DNA of 64,000 bases from a virus (taxonomy: Duplodnaviria > Caudoviricetes), in IMG/VR virus record IMGVR_UViG_3300031998_000010, one strand, 5' to 3'. Below the pieces are notes generated by a model. That model was not told the origin of the DNA. It saw only the letters and a program-made list of their open reading frames with translations, and made no database searches. Positions 1 to 6,155 of this stretch are shown piece by piece. The translations under genes and the position numbers were made by a program. Position 1 is the stretch's first letter; every line of letters begins with the position of its first letter.

Positions 1-368
1 CCACAACATGAACAATAGGATGACCTACTATTTTTTGCTATGAAGTCAAACACTTCTTGTCTATTATCGTTTGCAATATTGAATACTCTTTGTGCAGAAT
101 CATATATGTTCATTCCATCTTCGTCAATGTGACCATCACTTGTTTTAGACCTTATTACCTGACCAACAACTTCGTATGCACCCTCAGGAACAGCTCCAAC
201 ACTTGTTGTGTTAAAACTTATAGGTTTAGATATGCCACTGATATCTAAAATCTCGGCATCTTTGTCATAACTTATGTTAGGAGTTACACTATCATGACTT
301 TCTGCATACTTATTGATGATGTGTTTGATTATCTGATACTTCTTTAGGGTTATATTTTTGTATTTCAT
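1..368 (-). CDS. hypothetical protein (partial, runs off window start)
   Basis: ATG at 368 with GAGG RBS; frame open to position 1 (MKYKNITLKKYQ...SSYCSCC); AATCGTTATA motif upstream. Confidence 0.7.
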   Translation of the reverse strand, partial: MKYKNITLKKYQIIKHIINKYAESHDSVTPNISYDKDAEILDISGISKPISFNTTSVGAVPEGAYEVVGQVIRSKTSDGHIDEDGMNIYDSAQRVFNIANDNRQEVFDFIAKNSRSSYCSCC

Positions 369-425
369 ACCTGGTACCTCTTGTACTTTTGATGTATAGA
401 TACTTACACATAGTATAACGATTCT

Positions 426-465
426 AAAATAAGAAAACCTCCTTCGGAGGTGACGAAGAAGGTTT
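426..465 (-). terminator. intrinsic terminator
   Basis: 12-bp hairpin AAACCTTCTTCG/CGAAGGAGGTTT followed by TCTTATTTT on minus strand. Confidence 0.75.
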
Positions 466-534
466 GCTTGAAAGGAGGTTGTCCAATATGACCATGAACA
501 ACATACGAATTATTGATGCAATAATAATAAAGGT

Positions 535-2319
535 TTACACATTTATCAAAATATCCTGTGCATTAGTACATTCTTTAACTCCGGCTAAGATAAACTGAAT
601 ATTAGGAATATTTTTCAAAGTAGCGAATGTATTTTCTATTGATGTAGAATCTAAATGGTCAAATGCATCATCAAGTAGTAAGAGCTTAAGTGGTGACTTG
701 CTACTATTGATTATACAAATCATCAAAGCTAAGCTGTATGAACATTTTTCACCAGAAGATAACATATCATAAGGAATATAAACTCCATTTCTGACTAATC
801 CAAAACTGAATGAATTTGCTTTGTTTGATATATTGAAATGAGCCTTTAAATCGCTATTACCATACATCTTTTGAATATATTCTGTCATACCTGCTGCTAA
901 TTCATCAAATGGTTTAATCATCAGTGTTGTCTGAAGTCCATTAGTGTCTGTTTTCTTAACCCAGTTAGACAATGCTTGACCCTTTAATTCTGCTTCATAT
1001 TTCAGTTTAGTTATAGTTTCAATAGTTTCATTATAACGAATATTTGCTTCTAATTTGTTCTTACTTTCTGTTAAAACAGATATCTCTTGGTCTAAATCAA
1101 ATACAGTCTTATCTGTTTCAGGTTTCTGAGGTAAATCTTGCATAGTCTTTTCAAGAGTTACTACTCTATTCCAAGTTGTCAAGAAATCATTTATACTAGA
1201 TTCGCATTTTCTAATACTGACATGTAATTCATTTAACTTCGTAGAATCTATTTCTATTTCTTTAGACAATTCAAGATTACGAGCTTTTCTTTTAACAGAT
1301 TCATTTCGTATATCATCAATTTTTGCAACAATAGATTTACAAGATTCATTTGTATAGGGACATATTCCCTTACTCTGTATAATTGAATCAGCAGTAGCAT
1401 CTGTAGCTCTTAATGCAGAGAGTGCATTCTGCTTATTAGAAATTAATTGAGATAATTCATTATATTCTTGTTTAAGTTGAGGAAGTTTAGCATTAAGTTC
1501 GTCATAAGCATCATGACCTCCCATATCTGCTATATCTTGATTGAGATGGGCTAATTCTTCTGATGCTGATTTTGTAGCCTCACAAGCTGAATTGTATCTG
1601 ATAAGTTGGTCTCGTAAAGCTCCAAGTGAAAGTAAGTTAGAATTTATTTCTGCTAAATTAGTAGGACCACAATAATCATCATAATAAATAAGTGAATCAA
1701 TTGTATTCTGCAACCTTTGTATTTCTGACTTATTAAAAGATTGCTCATTTTTGAATAATGTATTTGCCTGAATAACTTGGTCTAATATTTCTCCATCTAG
1801 GTTAGAAATCAATGAAAGGCCATATTCAACCATTGAATTTCTATCTTCAAAGTTGCAATCTATAATACTTTCTGTCAGTATCTGATTCCAATTCAAAGTA
1901 CCATTTGTTGTGGGAAGAATATTCTTAATAAAATACTCCTTCAACTTATTAGCGGTTTGACCTACAAACTCATTAAAATTGAAAATAGGTAATTCAAGTT
2001 CTTTTGTAATATCAGCAAGTTCAACTGTTCCCGGTTGAACATCAACCTGATTCATATTCTTATTTATTCTTCGAGTAATGGTAACACCATCTAAATTCAA
2101 CTTAACAGTGATATCACCTTTTGGAGAATGGCGGAGTATAGCTTCTTTTGAATTTTTAGCCGTTCCTGGAATATAACCCAGCAAAGCAAATTGGATAGCT
2201 TGGAGTACAGTAGATTTTCCTGCTCCATTATGCCCAAAGAGATAGGTTATATCTCCAAAATCATAAGTTTTATTTACGGCGTTATGCAGACCGTCTATGT
2301 AAATTGAATTAATTTTCAT
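535..2319 (-). CDS. SbcC/Rad50/gp46-like SMC-family ATPase
   Basis: Walker A GHNGAGKS, long coiled coil with CPYT..C hook-like motif, LSSGE signature, Walker B LLLLDD. Confidence 0.85.
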   Translation of the reverse strand: MKINSIYIDGLHNAVNKTYDFGDITYLFGHNGAGKSTVLQAIQFALLGYIPGTAKNSKEAILRHSPKGDITVKLNLDGVTITRRINKNMNQVDVQPGTVELADITKELELPIFNFNEFVGQTANKLKEYFIKNILPTTNGTLNWNQILTESIIDCNFEDRNSMVEYGLSLISNLDGEILDQVIQANTLFKNEQSFNKSEIQRLQNTIDSLIYYDDYCGPTNLAEINSNLLSLGALRDQLIRYNSACEATKSASEELAHLNQDIADMGGHDAYDELNAKLPQLKQEYNELSQLISNKQNALSALRATDATADSIIQSKGICPYTNESCKSIVAKIDDIRNESVKRKARNLELSKEIEIDSTKLNELHVSIRKCESSINDFLTTWNRVVTLEKTMQDLPQKPETDKTVFDLDQEISVLTESKNKLEANIRYNETIETITKLKYEAELKGQALSNWVKKTDTNGLQTTLMIKPFDELAAGMTEYIQKMYGNSDLKAHFNISNKANSFSFGLVRNGVYIPYDMLSSGEKCSYSLALMICIINSSKSPLKLLLLDDAFDHLDSTSIENTFATLKNIPNIQFILAGVKECTNAQDILINV

Positions 2320-2473
2320 GTGTCCTCCTTAAATCATCATTCCAGAACTCACATTCTGTAAATAATGCAAAGCTATGGTCTAACCAATACTGTTTGATAT
2401 TGCTTTGATTCCGCTCACAATTCTTATTAGGGCACTTAGCATATCCACAAAATGTTATATCTTCGCTTGACAT
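2309..2473 (-). CDS. small Cys-rich hypothetical protein (54 aa)
   Basis: hand-translated MSSEDITFCGYAKCPNKNCER...; GAGG RBS; overlaps ATPase start. Confidence 0.6.
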   Translation of the reverse strand: MSSEDITFCGYAKCPNKNCERNQSNIKQYWLDHSFALFTECEFWNDDLRRTHEN

Positions 2474-2540
2474 CTGCGTATTCCTCTGTATCTATATATT
2501 CCTTGCATTTTGCAAGATAAGTATAATAACGATTTGGGAG

Positions 2541-2762
2541 TTATTTCTTCTTCCACCAAGGCACTTTCTTTGCACCTTTTAATTTTTCAATTTCGTCAAT
2601 TCGGTCTTCTTCGTCAAATTTCTTCTTGTAATAATCAAGATTTTCAATTATATCATCTAATTCATCAGAAGTTAGACCTACCTGCTGACGAATTTGCACA
2701 TAATTATATACACCGGAATCAACTAATTTTTCTACAGACCTAAATTGAAACTTTGTAATCAT
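2541..2762 (-). CDS. hypothetical protein
   Basis: ORF track; ATGA overlap with upstream gene. Confidence 0.65.
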   Translation of the reverse strand: MITKFQFRSVEKLVDSGVYNYVQIRQQVGLTSDELDDIIENLDYYKKKFDEEDRIDEIEKLKGAKKVPWWKKK

Positions 2763-2992
2763 TCTTCTTTATTCTCTTCAAGGAAATTATAGTTTTTACA
2801 TTTTCTTTTAACACACTTATGTAGTATCGACTGATTTTTAGTTAAGTATGCTTGATAATGTGTGCAGTAAGCATAAGGTCTACAAGTAGGATTGCCATCT
2901 ACTGTTAAGTAGTATTTGTCTAATCTAGCAACTCCTTCATTATTTATTTTGTGCCTTTGTCTTTGAGCTTTAATATTTCCTTGCTTCTTCAT
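2759..2992 (-). CDS. hypothetical Cys/His protein
   Basis: ORF track; likely start MKKQG at 2992 with GAGG RBS. Confidence 0.6.
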   Translation of the reverse strand: MKKQGNIKAQRQRHKINNEGVARLDKYYLTVDGNPTCRPYAYCTHYQAYLTKNQSILHKCVKRKCKNYNFLEENKEE

Positions 2993-3017
2993 GTTTGCCT
3001 CTAACCATATGAAAGGT

Positions 3018-3058
3018 GGGAGGCTCAACCTCCCTTGTCGGAGTATTTCCGAGTTCCC
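3018..3058 (-). ncRNA. two-hairpin motif copy 1 (GGGAAC-stem-CAA-GGAGG TTGAG CCTCC)
   Basis: second copy at 3301-3349 with compensatory changes in the first stem. Confidence 0.55.
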
Positions 3059-3260
3059 TCTATTTCATTTGTATACCGCAAATATGAGGTGAATGGATTA
3101 TTGCAATTCTCCAATGCGGTTTTGTTACGCAAGATTGTCATCTCTTTATTTCCTAGCACCGTAACATGTACTGTGTATCTTCCCTTATCGAAGTAAGATA
3201 TAAGTACGCCTCATTGTCGTTGAAGGTACGTCTCGTTGTGACATGAGGTGAGATGACCTC

Positions 3261-3298
3261 TGGTGATAGGTTTTTAATAAGCTACCTATCAAACTTAT
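3261..3298 (-). ncRNA. NCCA-ended H-type pseudoknot, copy A
   Basis: ATAAG TTT GATAGGT AG CTTAT TAAAA ACCTATC ACCA. Confidence 0.75.
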
Positions 3299-3300
3299 CT

Positions 3301-3349
3301 GGAGGCTCAACCTCCTTTGTTAGAGTTATCAGGTATTCTCTAAGTTCCC
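3301..3349 (-). ncRNA. two-hairpin motif copy 2
   Basis: GGGAAC TTAGAG..CTCTAA CAA AGGAGG TTGAG CCTCC. Confidence 0.55.
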
Positions 3350-3547
3350 GCTACCCAAACCTGATTAGCACAAGGACGGTGTTAGGCTGTGAAAACGGTG
3401 GGTGACTAATCCTTTTGGCATTTAGGAAACCGTGACTCCCTTTTATTCATACTCTTTGTTTTACAAGGCGATGCCTACCTTTAGCACTATATCGATGCCA
3501 CCCGCTGAAGTTTCGCAGTCACGCAAGGTATTCAGAATATACCTTTT

Positions 3548-3662
3548 TGGTGAAGAAGGATAGGATTTGCACCTATCAGCGATAACATTCCTAGCCTGAC
3601 TCAACCTCATTGTGAGTAGTTATCATTACAGGATAACCTGTCTGCTATTCCAGCACTTCTTC
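3548..3662 (-). ncRNA. tRNA-like RNA (Tyr-type GTA anticodon arm, ~42-nt variable region, 6-bp T stem)
   Basis: acceptor GAAGAAG/CTTCTTC+ACCA; D arm CTG..CAG; TTATC-CTGTAAT-GATAA; T arm GATAGG-TGCAAAT-CCTATC; 115 nt. Confidence 0.7.
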
Positions 3663-3776
3663 ATATAACAGTTTTCATATTGAAAACTTCGGCTTTACCT
3701 ATAAAAGTCACACCCTCGACGCGGAGTGTACGGAATTTCTTATTGAAATGTCTAAAGTCACGTCTATATGACGATT

Positions 3777-3927
3777 TGGTGAAGTAGAGAGGATTCGAAC
3801 CTCTATGTCCTTGATATTGCACCTGCACCCCCAAGAGTCGAACTTGGAGATAGCCGAACTCGAATCGACTCTCACTCAGACTCGTTACTACCGTTCACTT
3901 AGCATTCACCCACTCTGCCACTACTTC
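3777..3927 (-). ncRNA. tRNA-like RNA with two extra internal T-loop hairpins
   Basis: acceptor GAAGTAG/CTACTTC+ACCA; D arm GCA GAGTGGGTGAA TGC; T arm AGAGG-TTCGAAT-CCTCT; 151 nt; no canonical anticodon arm. Confidence 0.7.
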
Positions 3928-4088
3928 ATATAATGCAGATTTGTTTATCGTAAACCTCTTAGGTCACGTTCACCCGTATGAATACTGTTAGAAGTTCTGC
4001 TTCTCCTAGGTACTGCCGTTATTTCGTGTGCTATACCGTATCTCCACGCTAAGATTTTTCTAGAAGAGGTACTTAGGATTAACCTCAT

Positions 4089-4162
4089 TGGCAAGAACAC
4101 AAGGATTTGAACCCTGACTAGCGGTTTTGGAGACCGATGTGCTACCGTTACACCATGTCCTT
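4089..4162 (-). tRNA. trnW: tRNA-Trp (CCA)
   Basis: 74-nt cloverleaf; acceptor AAGGACA/TGTTCTT, anticodon loop CT-CCA-AA, T loop TTCAAAT, encoded 3' GCCA. Confidence 0.92.
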
Positions 4163-4350
4163 GTATTTGCAAAGATTGCTTTGGCGTTGCTTATAAAATA
4201 ATCAGAACCCTAGGCATACGATTATTTTGGTCAGATGTCTTTGCGGTCATCTCAGTAGATTAGAGTTCTACCATCTCGATTTCCTTGCTTTCGGAGACTG
4301 AAATCAACTCCGCTTGTGTATTTAGCCGAGGAACACAAGAAAAACCTTAT

Positions 4351-4447
4351 TGGTGAAGTAGGTTAGGACTCGAACCTAACAGCTTTCGGATAGTTTTCCG
4401 TCATAATAATTATGACCACCTCGCGTCTACCTTTGCGCCACTACTCC
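4351..4447 (-). ncRNA. tRNA-like RNA (Leu/Tyr-type D arm, non-canonical anticodon domain)
   Basis: GGAGTAG/CTACTTC+ACCA; TGGCGCAAAGGTAGACGCG; T arm GTTAGG-TTCGAGT-CCTAAC; 97 nt. Confidence 0.7.
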
Positions 4448-4553
4448 ATATTTTAGTATAACCAAGCCATCTCCCAACAGTTATACTGTACTCCGCACCG
4501 TCCGATTTCTACAACCTCGGTCAAGGGTTTTGACTAGACGGAGTGTCCCAATT

Positions 4554-4649
4554 TGTGAAGTAGGTTAGGATTTGAACCTAACTTAGATATAAATATCCCA
4601 TCCAAATTCTATAAGAATCCGACTGCGTATGCCATTCCGCCACTACTTC
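4554..4649 (-). ncRNA. tRNA-like RNA (Leu-type D arm, elongated anticodon helix)
   Basis: GAAGTAG/CTACTTC+ACA; TGGCGGAATGGCATACGCA; T arm GTTAGG-TTCAAAT-CCTAAC. Confidence 0.68.
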
Positions 4650-4820
4650 ATATCTAATGTGAGTGTGGAGAATCCCCCGAAGTCATCTGCCTCTTCGTAT
4701 TTCCATGTCATTAGGTAGCACTCACAACTACCTGACACTCTAACGGCGAGTGACTACCGCCCTACTGCTCGACATAATCTGCTAAAGAGATTAGCCTTTG
4801 CGCTAACGCAGTATAGGAAT

Positions 4821-4905
4821 TGGCAAGATGGTTCAAGCGTCAGGGCGCGAACCCTCCGTTACTCTCATTTAAGTTAGTACGAACTTGAACGAACTAACCC
4901 ATCTT
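4821..4905 (-). ncRNA. acceptor-stem + GCCA RNA with two internal hairpins
   Basis: AAGATGG/CCATCTT 7-bp stem + GCCA; internal GTTAG..CTAAC and AGGG-TTCGCG-CCCT. Confidence 0.6.
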
Positions 4906-4942
4906 TGGTAATAGGTTTTAAAGAGATACCTATATAAACTCT
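4906..4942 (-). ncRNA. NCCA-ended pseudoknot, copy B
   Basis: AGAG TTTAT ATAGGT AT CTCT TTAAA ACCTAT T ACCA. Confidence 0.65.
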
Positions 4943-5033
4943 TGGTGGGAGTGGCTTATAGTCATATTTGCAAACCCTTGTTTCTCCAAATATTCGTATG
5001 ATATCCTACGAGATATTCAGATTGACTACTCCC
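4943..5033 (-). ncRNA. acceptor-stem + ACCA RNA
   Basis: GGGAGT/ACTCCC + ACCA; begins directly after the CCA of pseudoknot copy C. Confidence 0.55.
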
Positions 5034-5071
5034 TGGTGATAGGTTTTTAGACAAGAACCTACCAAACTTGC
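5034..5071 (-). ncRNA. NCCA-ended pseudoknot, copy C
   Basis: GCAAG TTT GGTAGGTT CTTGT CTAAA AACCTATC ACCA. Confidence 0.75.
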
Positions 5072-5187
5072 GTAGACAATGAAGCAACTATCACTCTACG
5101 GCGGCTCATATTCATTTATATAGCACTCCGAATCTCTTAATAAAGATTAACCTCGTCGGGTTGGTTGCATAGCCATCCGAGTGCTTT

Positions 5188-5223
5188 TGGTGATAAGTTT
5201 TTGAAGAGAACCTACCAAACTCT
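5188..5223 (-). ncRNA. NCCA-ended pseudoknot, copy D
   Basis: AGAG TTT GGTAGGTT CTCT TCAAA AACTTATC ACCA. Confidence 0.75.
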
Positions 5224-5285
5224 ATTCAAGGCACGTTGTGTTTCACTTGCTTTTATATTTTATGTATAATTGCTGTATGTGCCTT

Positions 5286-5323
5286 TGGCGATAGATTTTT
5301 AATAAGAATCTACCAAACTTACT
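5286..5323 (-). ncRNA. NCCA-ended pseudoknot, copy E
   Basis: AGTAAG TTT GGTAGATT CTTATT AAA AATCTATC GCCA. Confidence 0.75.
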
Positions 5324-5331
5324 ATTAAATT

Positions 5332-5340
5332 ATCAAGGTT
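5332..5340 (-). promoter_or_regulatory. AACCTT-class (late-type) promoter heading the RNA array
   Basis: AACCTTGAT about 8 nt upstream of pseudoknot copy E; same core recurs upstream of structural genes. Confidence 0.55.
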
Positions 5341-5343
5341 CAC

Positions 5344-5461
5344 ATATAACCGCCAACCCTCAAATCAGAAGATACCAATATCTGTATGTGGTGACATTTC
5401 AAGCGATAAGGCTATATATTGGCTATATCCACACCCCTAATTTGAGGGGTGGCGGTTACAT
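5344..5461 (-). ncRNA. putative ~120-nt structured RNA
   Basis: 24-bp terminal stem (one mismatch, G.U pairs valid on minus strand) starting just after AATCGTTATA at 5466-5475. Confidence 0.55.
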
Positions 5462-5473
5462 ATATTATAACGA

Positions 5474-5629
5474 TTATCCTTTCGGTTCTTTTTTCATCGG
5501 GTTTTCGATGAAATGGTCTTCTTTATGCAAAAGACAAGAAGTAAGTTCTGCATCGTTCAGACAACATACTGAATGTAATCCGTTTTCCGAAACTACTGTC
5601 CTTGCGTTTAAACATCTATCGCATCGCAT
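5474..5629 (-). CDS. small Cys-rich hypothetical protein (51 aa)
   Basis: hand-translated MRCDRCLNAR...; AAGGAGG RBS; AATCGTTAT upstream. Confidence 0.65.
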   Translation of the reverse strand: MRCDRCLNARTVVSENGLHSVCCLNDAELTSCLLHKEDHFIENPMKKEPKG

Positions 5630-5659
5630 TGTTATATCCTCCTTCAGATATAATAACGA

Positions 5660-5860
5660 TTACAACGATAGATAATCATTCTTTCCGTCGTTGAAACCTT
5701 CACTATATCCATCTTCTTCAGCTTCTTGAATAAGCTGATTAAACAACTCAACGGCATCTGAACCTAATTTCTGCTCAATAATATTTCCAAATTCTACTCT
5801 ATCACTTGAATTTGATTCTGTAAAAAATTTATCGCCGTCTTTTGTTTCAAGATAGAACAT
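5660..5860 (-). CDS. hypothetical protein
   Basis: ORF track; AAGGAG RBS. Confidence 0.7.
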   Translation of the reverse strand: MFYLETKDGDKFFTESNSSDRVEFGNIIEQKLGSDAVELFNQLIQEAEEDGYSEGFNDGKNDYLSL

Positions 5861-5866
5861 ATAATT

Positions 5867-6097
5867 TTACTCCTTGCAGAAAATTTGTACATATTCTTCA
5901 AGATATTCAATGACACTCAAGTAAAATCTCTCACTTTTGTCATCATTTGACTCTCTTGCAGTTTTTGCTAGATTCTTTGTATGACGAATAAGTTCAGAAG
6001 TAGACTGAGATTTAGCAATCCCACAATACTGTGCTCTTGCAAGTGCATAGCCCTCTTCTAGGCCTTTGATGTATGCTTTTTCTGTTGCTCTAGCCAT
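5867..6097 (-). CDS. hypothetical protein
   Basis: ORF track; AGGAG RBS; downstream of consensus sigma-A promoter. Confidence 0.7.
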   Translation of the reverse strand: MARATEKAYIKGLEEGYALARAQYCGIAKSQSTSELIRHTKNLAKTARESNDDKSERFYLSVIEYLEEYVQIFCKE

Positions 6098-6117
6098 TTT
6101 AGTCTCCTGATATATAG

Positions 6118-6145
6118 ATTATATATTTAAAGTAAGAATTGTCAA
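6118..6145 (-). promoter_or_regulatory. consensus sigma70/sigmaA promoter
   Basis: TTGACA-16 nt-TATAAT. Confidence 0.8.
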
Positions 6146-6155
6146 TGGTTTGCTC

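Noticed and set aside
3945-4172. 75-aa ORF, and plus-strand ORF 5388-5675
   Set aside because: They overlap tRNA-Trp or structured RNA and a better minus-strand gene; no RBS
4351-4447. Ochre suppressor tRNA (TTA in GTCAT-AATTATT-ATGAC)
   Set aside because: Arm is displaced by 5 nt and lacks U33 and purine 37; TAA is the main stop codon here
4906-5323. 36-nt repeats as a CRISPR array
   Set aside because: Spacing is irregular (about 60-120 nt), copies co-vary structurally rather than being identical, all end in NCCA, and no cas genes are present
3015-5340. Theta/HDV-like or hammerhead ribozymes after the tRNAs
   Set aside because: I could not find the HDV L3 and J4/2 pattern or CUGANGA/GAAA cores on the minus strand; needs a descriptor search
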